Origin: Euglena gracilis | Taxonomy: Eukaryota | Direction of reading: 5' to 3' | DNA length: 64,000 nt | Assembly (NCBI GenBank): GCA_039621445.1 | Contig: CP154954.1 | Span: 27,144,123-27,208,122, forward strand | Shown here: in pieces, positions 52,431-64,000 of the stretch | Numbering within the stretch: the first letter of the stretch is position 1 | Layout: each line of letters begins with the position of its first letter | The notes under the pieces: generated by a model | Seen by the model: the letters and a program-made list of their open reading frames with translations, nothing else | Told to the model about the DNA's origin: nothing | Database searches by the model: none | Made by a program: the position numbers and the translations under genes

Positions 52431-52589
52431 TGGGTGTGGGTGTCCGCACGCCTGTGTGTGTGTGTGTGTGTGTGTGTCTGCATGCATGCGTGCGTGCGTG
52501 TGTGCGTGCGTGCGTGTGCATGTTTGCGTGCATGCATGCATGGATGTGCTTGTGTCTGTATGTGTGTATGTGCTTGTGTTTGCAGGTGA
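39977..52589 (+). CDS. Multi-exon gene, two-RRM RNA-binding protein (ELAV/CELF/RBMS-like), 5'-partial; exons 39977-40150, 40401-40434, 41958-41998, 42368-42572, 43246-43430, 45167-45360, 50363-50457, 52222-52393, 52586-52589
   Basis: Manual splicing gives a continuous 1104-nt frame: AQISAAGYRLQELNTGTNLYISNLPDRITKEGLKELFSAHGTVMSCRVARKQGQSPSH|DGIGFVQYTTSG|MAQAAVVAMNGMM|HGPRHPAGGRFIRVKLADHDKDKGVTSRPSSDLYVCNLPDSWSYAELHSTFARYGKVYSLTMFKDSETG|GNIGSGMVRYSSTAEATAAIQGLNMLQLPGMDRPIEVKYAES...; RNP2 and RNP1 motifs of two RRMs, high GC3, matching intron phases. Some boundaries are ambiguous by a few codons. Confidence 0.85.
40401..40434 (+). CDS. RRM gene 34-nt micro-exon (RRM1 RNP1, DGIGFVQY)
   Basis: GAT GGT ATC GGC TTT GTG CAA TAC ACA ACA TCA G|gtccat supplies the RNP1 otherwise missing; phase 1 matches the next exon. 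Confidence 0.75.
41408..41930. mobile_element. Intronic MITE, CAG(G)n ends, 7-bp TSD cgttgtg
   Basis: cag-Gn-aaattgatatc / gatatcaattt-Cn-tg; ccgcaatttt arrays. Confidence 0.9.
41958..41998 (+). CDS. RRM gene exon (helix 2, MAQAAVVAMNG)
   Basis: ccag|GG ATG GCC CAG GCT GCG GTG GTG GCG ATG AAC GGA; typical AxxAxxxMNG RRM helix. Confidence 0.8.
42368..42572 (+). CDS. RRM gene exon (end of RRM1, start of RRM2)
   Basis: IRVKLA...SDLYVCNLP...FARYGKV; cag acceptor, G|gtgcc donor. Confidence 0.9.
43246..43430 (+). CDS. RRM gene exon (RRM2 RNP1 to end)
   Basis: ttcag|GG GGC AAC ATC GGC AGC GGC ATG GTG CGT TAC...LPGMDRPIEVKYAES; donor position ambiguous (43430-43444). Confidence 0.9.
43650..44167. 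mobile_element. Intronic hAT-like MITE, 8-bp TSD (t/c)tcccttc
   Basis: cagggcgt / acgccctg. Confidence 0.7.
44889..45045 (+). repeat. (CATTG/CATTA)n microsatellite
   Basis: Direct reading. Confidence 0.9.
45167..45360 (+). CDS. RRM gene exon (low-complexity S/G/P/Q region)
   Basis: PTQRPPPAESSSSGGGSSGQLATPPNVPAQDMAAVQAFSRIMNLN...LQL; CG|gtgtgc phase 2 fits the next exon. Confidence 0.7.
45394..45471 (+). repeat. (CTTAC)n microsatellite
   Basis: Direct reading. Confidence 0.95.
46418..46951. mobile_element. Intronic MITE, CAG(G)n ends, 7-bp TSD ctgg(c/a)ag
   Basis: cag-Gn-aatatgcaacttg / caagttgcata-Cn-tg. Confidence 0.8.
47218..49675. mobile_element. hAT-like element (TSD ggaggcac) containing a nested hAT-like element at 47237-49285 (TSD gctttaag)
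   Basis: Both 8-bp TSDs perfect; TIRs cagggggtatt/aataacccctg and cagggcggtcc/ggaccgccctg. Confidence 0.85.
50363..50457 (+). CDS. RRM gene exon
   Basis: ccag|G GAG GTG TCA...EVSAAEDYSNPPGFPSRKPGKGGGSLWDRVQ G|gtgtgt; phases fit both neighbours. Confidence 0.7.
52222..52393 (+). CDS. RRM gene exon
   Basis: ctgcag|GT GTC CTG...GVLPGPADIGNEGPQALYKGNPQQAQPP...DNNSDN TG|gtgtgt; tttgcag|G TGA at 52586-52589 completes Trp-stop. Confidence 0.7.
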
Positions 52590-52690
52590 TTGATGTATGG
52601 GAAGGTCTATCTGTGTGCATGTGTGTGTATGTATTGGCATGCATGACCTCATTTGACACCTAAGCATGTGTCCGTGGGCTTGTGTGTCTG
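52394..52690 (+). repeat. (TG)n/(TGCG)n microsatellite
   Basis: Direct reading. Confidence 0.95.
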
Positions 52691-55600
52691 TGTGCTGGAT
52701 TATTCTTGTTTTTGCCTGAACCCAGCCATTTTCGCCCAGGCGCAGAGAGGCTTCAATGGATCGTATATGTGCCCAACACTGCGCAGTGTGCCAAGGCAAG
52801 TTGACAATTACAAAGCCAGTTGACAGTTTTCCACGCTGCCCTCCACCCCCCCCCCCGCCTACCTACCTGCCTGCCTCCCGCCTCAGGGCTTGGCGGGGCA
52901 AGCGGAGGCCGCGCCGTGCCGCATATTGAGGCCGCGATGGTGGCGCCGCAGTTGCTGGCCACCGCTCTCTGCCACCGCTCCCCCACCGGTGCTTGTCGGA
53001 ATTGGTTGCGCCAGGAAGGCAATATTTCATTTGTTTTTGTGGTTTGCATTTCTTTGGGATGTGAAAAATGGGAGAGATTTTTCGCCTTTTTTTGCTTTTT
53101 TTTGAGATAACCCCCCAAATGATATTCCCCCTGAAACATTATGTGGAGTCCATCCCCAGGGGGGGATATTGTTTGGGGGGATATTATTAAATAATTTTTG
53201 TCTTTTTCTGTGGCAGAATTTGACCTTGAAATCGGTTGTAACCCCCCCCCCTCACTTATAACCCCCCCGGGGGTTATAGGATCCTGTTTAGTGGTTGGCC
53301 CCAAGGGGGGGGTTATAAGTGGGGGGGTTACAGCCTTGGCGGATCTCTTTGCCTTCTCATGTCTTCCCGGGGGGGGGGGGGTTATAAGCCACGGTTTAGT
53401 GGTTGGGCCCGAGGGGGGGGGGTTATAAGTGGAAGGGGGGTTATAGGATGGGGGGGGGTTATAAGTGGGGGGTCGGGTTTATATATTTTTGTCAAATTCC
53501 ATCTTTGGTGCAATTTTTATGTCTCAGAAAGGCGCATTTTTGCTTTCCAACTAGAACGTGGCTGAAATCATGAAAATCTTTTTACAAAAATATTATTATT
53601 CCAACCATCACAAAGCACATGTTTTTCTTGACATCAGTGTGGGGGGGGGGGGGATATCACATTGGGCTACCAAAATCAGGTCCCGTGGTGATATTATTTT
53701 TTTGGGTGCTTTGTTTGAGTAATGTTTAACGACACATGCAATGTTGCTATCTTTCGAAGATCTCTTCCACACATCAAACAACTGGCTGAGTTCGATGGAA
53801 GAAGGTACCCAGTCCCAGTGGGGTTGGACCCCACCAGGATACCCAGGGGAGAAAAAATTGTGCACCAACAATTTTTTCCCATTTTTCGCCAATTTTCCCC
53901 AATTGGTGTGTTGATTTCGGATCCATTCAAAAATGCATCTCGGGCACTGCGCCACCGCCCCCCCCCCCCTCCAGCCTCCCTTCCTCCTCTCTGCCCAGAC
54001 ATCCTCTCTTCTGACCCAAATCCCAACATTCCAGTGCCAGGCCCAGCTTGTTTTGCACCCCAGAAGGCACAGTCAACTGACGTGTGGAAAAATCCATTTG
54101 GGCGACACACAGATTCACTCCCTCGCCCAAATTCAAAGCGTGCACGTTGATTCCCAAGGTAGAAAAAAGCGGGAGGTTTTCATTTTGGGCCATTGAGTGT
54201 TCGTATCAGTGGAGTGTTGAATGAATGGCGTTCCCTCAGAACAAAAAGATTTGGTCTGGAGTCCTGATCAAACGTTTGTGGTCGAATTCCAGTCTCAGTC
54301 ATTTACCACAGCGTCGAAGGATTTATATTATAAAAACAATGGAGGCATACTTTATCCCATCAGCAAGTGAATGGGCTGGTTATAGGGGCATTTATTTGCC
54401 CAGACGTTTTTTATTGCTTATGTCTTTGTCATTTGCTAGACAAGATTACTCTGGTCGGATTTTTTTGGGCAAAACATTTGCCAAAACAATATGAGCCAAT
54501 TTCATGTTTAAGCTGGGCATTGGGAGATGGTAGTTTAGACAGTCTACACCAGGAAATTCCTCTCTCGTCCAATAATTACAAGGAGAATGCACAAGAGTCA
54601 TGTCTGTTGGACCAAGGATGTGTTTTGCTCAACTGGAGAAGGAAACCGAATGTCTTGTAATGGGAAAAGCCCAAAGAAAACATGTTTGGCGTCGTTTCTC
54701 TGCCACTTTTTGTTCGGATATTAAGGTGTGCCAAGGTTGGGGCAGCGTCATATGGACTCATGGCACAAGGTGGACAGAAATTATTGTGCACAAGAATTAC
54801 AGTAAAAGAATATTACGTTGATTCTGGAAAATTGATTTTGGGTTTACTTTATTTCCCCCAAACTGTCTACCGTATTTTTTTGTCTGCCCTGAAAGGTGGT
54901 CAGCAAATTTGTCAATTTTGTATTCGGAAGCCATCCCCCCCACTTCACCGGGCTGCCCCCCCCCACTTTACGTTCGCATGCAGATGCTTTGGGAGGGGGG
55001 GGGGCAGGTCTCAGCTGGGCCAGGACCCCTGCTGGGCTATCCCCCTCGTTGGCTAAACACCCCCCGGGGCCACCAGAAGCGTTGCTGGATGGAGCCTGCC
55101 CGCCCGCATGGTGCTGCCCCTCCCGATGGCCCTGCCACACACGAGGGTGGGTGGGAGCCAGTGGACGGAAAGAGAAAGAGAAAGATGCTCTCACGTGAAC
55201 GTCCCCTCCGTCAACCAGACCCCCCTCTTTTGTCACCCCCTTTCAAATTGCCCCCCCCCCTGCAAGCTAACTGCGTGCAAAAGTGCGCTGCAGAAAGTGA
55301 CAACATAAAGGGGGGAGCAGTAGTAATAGTAACCTCCCAACTGTCGCCCCCCCCGTCACCAACCAAAGGGGTGACAAACAGGGGCATCACATTAAGGTGC
55401 GGTTCAGGTGGACATCTCTCCCATTTGACCATAGGGGGGTCCGAGCCTCCACCCGGCCTCTCTGCAACCCTTATTCAACGTATCCCATGCAATACAGGCT
55501 GGACAGTGCCCACTTTTGTCTCAGAATCCCTCCCAAAACTGATAAGAAACCGCAGGAATTCATAAGGTTTCCTCCCTATGGGTTCTATGAGGACACCCCC

Positions 55601-58600
55601 CAGCGAAGTGAGCCACTTCGGCACAAATTCTACAGAAGCCCAGGAATGCCCCCCTTTTCAGGCAACGTTCTCCCCCCCCCCCTGCCAACGCATGGGGCTG
55701 TCTATATCCAGGGCACCCCTACAATCCCCAACTCCGGGGTCTCCAGCGACAAATCTCGACAAACCCCGACGAATCCCGACAACACTTTTTTTGGCCCTCT
55801 GGAGGGGCGGATTCTGGCAAATCCCGACAAATCCTGACAAATCCTGACAACACCACCAAAGTACCAAGTTTCTGGAGGTTCTTGCCCAGGGTTGGTACAA
55901 AGCAGCCCCCCCAAAAAAACATGCCAGCCCTCTCCAGTTATGGGGCTGGTAGCACCAGTGGGCGACCGAACGGCGGGGGCCAGCCGGCTGCCTGGATGGA
56001 TTTCCCTCTCCCCCTCTGCCGAGTCAATATCCCTCCCAAGGGATCCCCACCCTTGCCTTGCGCGGACCCAAAGAAGGGTTTGCCGCCCGGGCCGATGTTG
56101 GCTGGCTGTCCCTGCCCCCCAATGGCAGTCCCTTCCTTTTGCCCCCCCCCCCTCTGCTGTGCGGAATTGTTTGGGCGGAATGGGTTGAGCTGTGCCAAAC
56201 ATGCTGTTTACCTTCCCGCAGGCTGGTGAGTGGCTCGATTGATTGCAGGACACTGCACAGGGTGAAGGTCGTGAAATTGGGAGCCAGGTGCACAGCGGCG
56301 GATGGGCTGGATTTTCCTCCCTTTTTTTTGCGGTTCCAGGCGAGTTGAGGGATAGTTTCCAACATCAAATTCTCCATCATTTGGACTCAAGGATTCTGGA
56401 TTCTAATGAAAAGAGGTGTTTGTTTGCCGCCCTGTCCCCTCCCTCCCTCTCTTGCTTCTTTGGGGGGGATTGTCCCCGGCACCATCCCTGGGACCCCCAT
56501 GTTTGCTACTTGGGCTGCGCCTCCCTCAACCCAATCCCCACCCTGCGCAGGGCTGCAGCATGGCCTGCGTGCAAAAGGCGCACTCCCTGCGGGTCTATGT
56601 CCTGCCCACTGCCTGTTCCCTGACCGGTCCAAGATTTCTGCCTGGAGAAGTACACGCATGACCCACACCCCGCCTGAAGGCTGCAGTTCTTAATGCTCTC
56701 CCATTCAGCTGTCCCATTACCCCCCCCCCAATACAAGAAACTGGTTGCTTATATTTGGGTTTCCGATAATCGGCTCCAGGGGTTGCTTATATTTTGAATT
56801 CCCTGATTTCGGCCGTTTTATGCCATTGAAAATTCCTTCACATCGTCCAATCAGGGGTTGTTTTTATTTGGCTGTCCGCCGAAAATCGGCCAAAGGGTTG
56901 CTCATATTTTAGGTGTTGATGATAGAGGGGGTCGCTGAGCTCTTATCTCTTCAGAGTCAGAGCAAAGGTTACCGCCGGAGAAAAGTTGGGCAGAACGGTG
57001 TTTTTTAAAAATCGATTTTTTTTTAAAATATTCCGACAATGAAGCAAAATGAAAGGAAATGTCCGGAGACCAAAAATAAAGCCCTTGGAATGCCCTATCC
57101 AACAATGCTTTACTTTTTCACGAACTCCCCACCAAGCCCAAGTTGCGGCCATTTTCCCGCCAATTTTGGCCATTTTGTACTGTTTTGGCTGGCTGTTTTC
57201 GGGCCATTTCAGGTAAAATGAATCGAGATTTTCAAAATATCTCCAAAGTGGATTGGGAACCTAAAATAAAGTCCCTGGGACCCTCAATCGCCCTGTATAG
57301 CCGCCAGGGCCAGTTGGACTCCTGCTCCAAATGCTGCCCGTTTTGGCCATTTTCGGGCCATTTCAGGTTCAAAAAAATCGAAATTCAAAATATCTCCAAA
57401 ATGTTCGGGAATCAAAGGAAATCACCGGGGACGTAAAATAAAGCCCCTTGGGACCCTCCATCGCCCCGCATAAACTGCCAGGGCCAGTTGTGCGCCTGAG
57501 CCGGGCCGGGCTGGGCCACCGGTCGCGCCGGGGCCGGGCCTCCGGCCGCCAGGTCGGGCTGAAGATCCGCCCTGGTAGCCAGAGGCTTCAAACATCTGTT
57601 GCGCCATGGCATCATCAGGCACGCAAAGGGCTCAGCACTACACAAAACCTGGTTTCTTATATTCGGGGAGGTCACTGTCTTTTTCTCAACAACTTGTTTT
57701 GGGGGGCTTTATTCCTTGGCAAATTGCAAACCATTTGCTAGAAATCCTTTTCCATTTCAGGGCATTCCTTTTCTGAAGATTGTTAACCCGACGTGTTCTT
57801 GACCCCAGGGCCCCCTTACATAAAGTTAGGGGCCGCCTGGCAAAGCCCCTGGACCAAAAAAATTTCGGCCCGCCCGCTGTCCCCCCCCCCCCCCCCCGGC
57901 CAACCTCCCCCCAGGGGTTCTAGCCAGCACCTTTTTCCAGCCTGCTGGACCCCCCCCCAGGTTCTTAAGAAACCCCCTGTTTGTTTACAGGTTTTTTTCA
58001 CTGAACATTTCCAAATACATATGCATGCACGCACCCACTCACACGCCCACGCACACACCCATGCCCGCCTGCCCACACACCCACACACACATACACACAT
58101 TTTGCTTCTCACTGGCTTTCAAGGCACCATCCCCGTTCAATATCCTCACTGCGGGGTGTTGCAGTTGCACATATCATAGAACTTATCATGGCTAATCATA
58201 TTGCTGTGGTAAGAGGATTGATGGTTTGCTCTGCTGAGGTGGAGGGCAAGGGATGTCAGGGCTCCTGTCCCCTTCGTGTTTATATTGCTGTTTACATCTT
58301 ACCTCCCCCCTCTGGTGTGTTACGCTGCAGGGATGGACCCAGCCTGTCCATTCTCTCCTGACATTGTTTGAAGGGCGTGACTCTTTCAGGTTTGCCCCTC
58401 CACCATTTGCAACCCCCTGGGCGGTGTGATCTAAGATGGGCATTGGCCAAGGGAGGTATACCTCCTTTGGAAAATTTACCCCCTCCCCCCCGAAATGGTC
58501 CAGTTCGTCCTGTGAGATTTAAATTTTATATGACCCAATCTTTCTTTCAAGTCATTTTTTGTTCTTCTACAAGTGACAGAGGTCACAAGTGTAGAAAAAA

Positions 58601-61600
58601 ACATGGCATAAAATACTGATTTTTTTTGTTCACCGAGGTTTCTTTTGGTCTATTGGTGCAGACGTTTTGTATTTCACCCTCCAGAAAGTTCTAAGTATTA
58701 CGCCTCAAAAAGAGTTTCTGGGCATCGGTTGACTGTATAGGTGTTTGCTGTACACCCCTGCAAATTGTGACGGGGAAGGCACTGGGACGCGGACGCAGTT
58801 TGCCACCAGGGCGGCAACAACACTGCAACCATTCGGGACCCTCCCCCCATTTACAAGCACCTGGGTTAAATTTTAATCAGTGGGACTGCCCCGTGGGGCC
58901 CACCTGCCGTCAAATTAAACCACATACACATAAAGACAATATATCTCCATTGACATGGACATAGATACAGGCCCTTAACGAGAAAAGGGCATTTCTGTTT
59001 GACACACATCGTCGCACAATGGATGGCAGTTAAACTCATATGCTGTTTTGTTCATGCCTGCATTTGCACCATATGGGACCAGCCTTTTTTTTTAATTCCC
59101 CCCCCCAGAGCGCGCATGCCTGGGGGATTGGGTATGGGTTCTCGTGCAAAGCGCCAGAAATATATTTTTGAAAATGCCTTCAGATGGCCCGAACTTTAGA
59201 GGGCAGCCTCCCTTCCCCAGGGATGGATGGGAAGCCCTTCGGTTTTCGGTTTTGAGGCAGGTGGCAGGTCCGGACCCCCCACCCGCCCCCCTTTGCCAGG
59301 TTCCAAAAATAGCGAAAAATTTTCTTCCGGCGCTGTGCGCCGCCAAATGAGCAAAAGATGCCTTTTTCCATTTTTGAGCATGTCCCACGATTTTTTTTTG
59401 GGTTTTCCACATAAAAAGTGTTCAAGAATTTTCAAAAACTTACCATTTTTGGATTTATACGAAAAATCAGGGATTTTTGACCAGTTTTGGCCCGTTTCCA
59501 GCCCAAAAATTTTTTTTGGTCCTTTGCCGTTCCATGAAACCAAAAATTACCCCGGGCCCCTTCAGTTTCGAGGCGGGGGGGTCCAACCCCCCCGTGTCGG
59601 GGGGGGGGGCGGACCCCCCCCAAGGCTTCCCATCCATCCCTGCCCCTCCCCCCGGGTCTTGAAAAGGAGCCTCTTGGCCTGAAGGGTCATCAGCGTGTTG
59701 CTCTGGTGGTGAATTCAAAGTGCTTGATGGTTTGGTGCGAATTTTACTTACTTGACGAAAGCCAAATGTTTTATTGTTGGACTTTGTATTGTTGCCATGA
59801 ACTGTAAATTGTACATTTTATTGTTGCACATGAAAAGGTGTCAGATATCAATTCTCCATTTTGTGCGTGCTGGGCAAGGTCATGGTGCTAAGGGGGAAGT
59901 GGATCCTCCTCCTCTTCACCTTCCAAATCTTGAATGCTTGCATTTCAACGTTGCGAGTTATTCATATTCAACCCAGGGAATCCCAGAATTCCAATGAAAA
60001 GAGCCACGCCACTTTGATGTGCAGAAGCGGATAGGGGCTGCTGGTCCTGTGTCCAACATCATGGGAGCACTGCCCCACTCCCGCTTGGTAGGTATCGAGT
60101 ATATTCCCAGGCGCCCTATTCCCCCCACCCCTACATCAAGGGGAGACACCAAGACATGGAACTCATGCACCGCGCGCCGGGGCCAGTGTTGTTAAATTTG
60201 CATGCAAGGAGGGAGGGTGGAGAGTTGCCAAGCGTACACCCTGTGGTGTACCTGTGATACACCTAAAATGCGCTTTTTTTCGGACATCCAGAAGATGCGA
60301 AACCGTTTGGGATCAGGCTTTTTTTTGCCAACCCGGGGGGGAGGGGGAGGGGGGGGTCCGGAGTGCCTTGCCCAGGCAGGCACTCCACACACTCCAGGCA
60401 CACCCCCCCGGGGGGGGGGTCGGATTTCTGCCTGCGCCCAGGCACATTCCTTTCAAAATAAGCCATTTTTGGCTCCCCGGCGCATTTGGCGCCAGGGTCT
60501 GTGGTAGGTCACTTTTGGTTGTGTGCCCCCGGGGGGGGGGTCGGATCGGGAGTGCCTGCCCAGGGCCAGGCCGTATTTTAGTCGGGTGCCGACCCCACCC
60601 CCGGGGGGGGGGCCTGTCTGGGCAGGCACTCCAAGGCACTCCCGATCCGACCCCTCGGGGGGGGGGGGTAGTGCCTGCCTGGGCAGGCACCCCAAGGCAC
60701 TCCGGACCCCCCCCCCCGGGGTTGGTAAAAAACAGCCTGGCCCAGGCAGGCACCCCCCCCCCCGGGTGGGGTCGGCACCACCTTAAAAAACTGCCTGTTT
60801 GGGATACCTCTGCCCTTTGGCCTGGGTCTTAGGTGGCCAAACTCCCACTTAATGCTTTGATTTTCAGCTTGCACTTATGCGCAAATTTCCAATCTTTTTG
60901 AAACCCGGCGGTAGAACCCACCCTTTTGACCCTCTGGTTCCACGGAGACCCTCCACATTGGCGTGTGCATCGTTTGCCGATGTTGGGACCCTGGGAACAG
61001 GCCCAATCTTGGTGTTTCTCGGCCTGTGCACCATTTTAAAAAAGGTTCAAAACCCTGGGTTTGAACGCCGGGGCACGTGAATTTTCCCAAAAAGGGCCAA
61101 AACCCCCCGTTGCGAGTCCCTCGTTTTTGAAGCCTCAACTGTGTTCCCTAGATGGTGCTGCACAGGCTGGGTGTAATTTGGCCATTTCTGTTGCTTTTTT
61201 TTTTCCGGCTCTGCGACATGTGCCCGAAGAGTTGCCTGCTGAGGCATCCAGAGGGTGGACTCTACACACACGTTGTGAAAAGGTCGAAAAAACGGCGTGT
61301 CATAGAGTTGTGATCCCTGGTTGCTTGAAGTGCAAGGAGTGGTACAGCGGGAACCACCCAGGTGGATGGGTTAGGGGGGATTGAGGGCAAGCCCAGGGTC
61401 TTGTCCCAACGTCCGGTGCTTAGGCGGCCGGATTTGCACTTAAGCTTTTTTATGTTGATTTGCGCATTTGCGCAAATTTCCGATTTTTTTTTGATTCCGG
61501 CTGTGAAGGTCAGGGGGGTTTGAAAACACGGCGACAAGAGAGTGCAAAAAAATGAGCGAAATTCTGTTTTTGGCGGTGTGACCCCTCGGGCTTTGGCCAA

Positions 61601-62054
61601 AAATGGTGTTTTGGGGGGTTCCGGAAATGGGCTCCACACGTCGAAACCCCCGGGACCTTCCCCCCGGGAGTGAAAAAAATCGCAAAAAAGCGGCACAGGA
61701 ACGGGACCTTTACTGCCCTTCTTGCTCCTTTCGGCTGTGTCCTTGGGTGTGCTCAAACTGCCGGCAGTGTGCATCCTGGGTGTTTGTTTGCTGGACTGCT
61801 TTGCGGCACGTCAGCGTGCAGTTTTTGGTGTGTTTGTTAAAGTGCGGGGAGGAAATGCGGGGGGGTGTGGATGTGGTGTGACCTAGTGGGTGGGAAGGGC
61901 ATCAGGTAAGGAAGGTAAGTGCGGGGTGTTTGGCATGGGATGCACAGAGGGGAAGAAATAGGGTCCACAGGGAATGAAGAGGACAAGTGTCTCCCACCCA
62001 ACTTATGCCCGGGATCTGCAAAACCAGTTTTGTTGTAAAGAACCTGGAAGTTAA

Positions 62055-62181
62055 AGCCCATCCCTTGAAGGACAAAGTTCTGTTTATTTTTTTTATGGGC
62101 GCAAATGCGCGCACCAACATAATTTTGTTTGTGCGCGCATTTGCGCCCATAAACGCAAATTTGTCCTACAAGGGATGAGCT
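62055..62181. mobile_element. Foldback MITE, TTAA TSD, AG...CT ends (Kolobok-like)
   Basis: TTAA|agcccatcccttg ... caagggatgagct|TTAA. Confidence 0.7.
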
Positions 62182-62460
62182 TTAACACCCATGAGCTGAC
62201 ACCGTTGATAAACAATGACAATGGGGCTGTGTCTGCGCGAACCAGCAGGCCGTCAAGGAACATAAATCGGTGGGTTTGTCACACTGTTTGTTGACGGTGC
62301 CAGTTCATTGTCACTAAAGCGTGCACAAACAAAAATGTGTTTGTGCGCGCAAATGCGCGCACCAACACAATTTGTTCATGGGTTCTGAATGGTCGATAAA
62401 TGGTGTGACAAAGCACAACCGTCAAACGCCGGTAAATGGTTGATGGTTCACGTGCGTTAA

Positions 62461-62577
62461 AGCACGCGTCATGCTGTTGGTGGGCGCAAATGCGCAAATG
62501 AACTACCTGCAGAAATTGCACAAATTCACAAGTGGTTCATTTGCGCATTTGCGCCCACAAACAACGTGACGCGCGCT
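62461..62577. mobile_element. Foldback MITE, TTAA TSD, AG...CT ends (Kolobok-like)
   Basis: TTAA|agcacgcgtcatg ... cgtgacgcgcgct|TTAA. Confidence 0.7.
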
Positions 62578-62629
62578 TTAAAGCAAATGAACCACCAACG
62601 GAGGATAAACCAACGGAGGAATAAAGAAG

Positions 62630-63480
62630 CGACATCACTTGGCCCTGCAACGCCCACCGGCTCTGGCCTCTGAAGGGGTTCAACCCCAACGACCACACCG
62701 TCTCCTCCAACACCTGGTATTATGGCGCCAGTTCTGGTCTAGTGACGGTCCGAGGAAAGGTTGAGATGGAGGATCTTCTGAAGGTGGTTACGCAGCCACT
62801 CGATTACGGTGCACGTCCGCCAGCACCGATTTTAGGATCCCAAAGGCCCTGCCGCTGGCCCGCAGCTTGGGCTCCACTGCTGCAGCCACATTAGCTACAG
62901 ATTTTCATTTAGTGCGCCGCGGAAATTTTTTTCCTGCGCCGCGTGTGCTGCGGCATCGGAAATTTTGTGACTGCGTGCGCCGCGGAATATTTCCTTCTGT
63001 GCGCCGCGGCAGTGCCGCGTGCACCACAGCAGCGCCGCGTGCGCTGCAGCATGGCCATCCCAATTATCGCCTGTCCGTGCCGCGACCAAAAAAAAATAGC
63101 ATGTGCTGTGGAACATCATTGGCGCGCCGCAGGTGTGTTGTTGGTGCGGTGGCAGCGTTTCAGGTGCGCTGCGGGTGTGCCGCGGCTAAAATTCAATTGC
63201 GCGCCACGTGCGCCGTGGAATTTTTTTTTGCGCCGCTGCAAACTTCGCCGCGGCACACTAAATGAAAGTCTGATTAGCCACTGATGCTTCAGCACCCACC
63301 AGGCCGGCATCGACCTCCCCGGTGCAACAGCACCCACCGAAGCGGCCACGTTATTCCCCACAACCGGGGTATCAGACTGGGGGGACGACGTGGTGCTGGT
63401 GTATGGCAACTGGCATCCGGAGAAAGGTTGCCCTCAAACACCCATCACTTTGGGTGCAAGGACACAGGCTGAATTGGCTG
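62630..63480 (+). pseudogene. Possible highly decayed LINE RT remnant split by a tgcgccgc-repeat insert (~62900-63270)
   Basis: DITWPCNAHRLW..KGF...YYGAS..VTVRG...KVVTQ then HQAGIDLPG...WGDDVVL, in the order of RT domains 3-5. Confidence 0.35.
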
Positions 63481-64000
63481 TGCCGACCCTACCCCAGAGG
63501 GGGGGGTCGCCTGCCTGGGCAGGCGCTCCAGGCACCCAGATCCAACCCCCCCCCGGGGGGAGGGGAGTATGGCACATGGCCAAAAGTGCCTGGGCACTGA
63601 GCCAAGGCACCGAGAAAACACCATGTTTGGGCACTTATTGGTGAAGGCATGACCCCCCCCCCCCGGAGAGGGATCCAACCCGCCCCCAGATTCCCCTGTA
63701 CAGCCATTATTTGAACAACCTCAAATATTCCTTTCTCCCAAGTTTTTTGCATTGCAAATGAGAAAAATTACCGTCCATTTCCCCTGAAATATTGCATTAT
63801 CCCAACTCAAAAAAATGGGTAACAATTTAGGCACAAACAGCCCGAAGGTTTGGAGACTTTGGTAATAAACACCCAGGAAACGCCTCTTTCTGCTCCGCCC
63901 GGCCATCTCGGTCCTCAAAGACGACCAGCCTGGGTCACCGTTTATGGGGCTCCAACCCACCAGCCCACTTGTCCTAATTGTTATGAAGGGCGGCGGGGTG

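Noticed and set aside
54200-54900. Coding-like AT-rich stretch
   Set aside because: Stops and frameshifts, no recognisable motif
1-64000. SL-RNA, 5S, tRNA or telomere arrays
   Set aside because: None recognised by eye; TTAGGG occurs only as isolated units inside palindromes

Overview
Repeat-dense eukaryotic nuclear DNA; GTGTG/GTGCC splice donors, a stem-bracketed intron and a CRE-clade retroposon suggest a euglenid or other euglenozoan (inference). Nearly all ORF-track entries are spurious. One host gene could be assembled by hand: a + strand, 9-exon gene for a two-RRM RNA-binding protein (39977-52589; 1104 coding nt, 5' end not found). At least one of its introns looks non-GT-AG and closed by an RNA stem, and it has a possible premature-stop isoform. 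The rest comprises: a ~15 kb tandem duplication (9351-24438 / 24439-38347); a CRE-like non-LTR element with twin-priming-type inversion (3351-5722); pogo/Tc1-type DDE transposase remnants; a decayed RT remnant; many nested MITEs (TA, TTAA, 7-bp and 8-bp target-site duplications); and micro/minisatellites. Three T/G-rich stretches look like unpolished read noise. No rRNA, tRNA, SL-RNA or CRISPR array was recognised.
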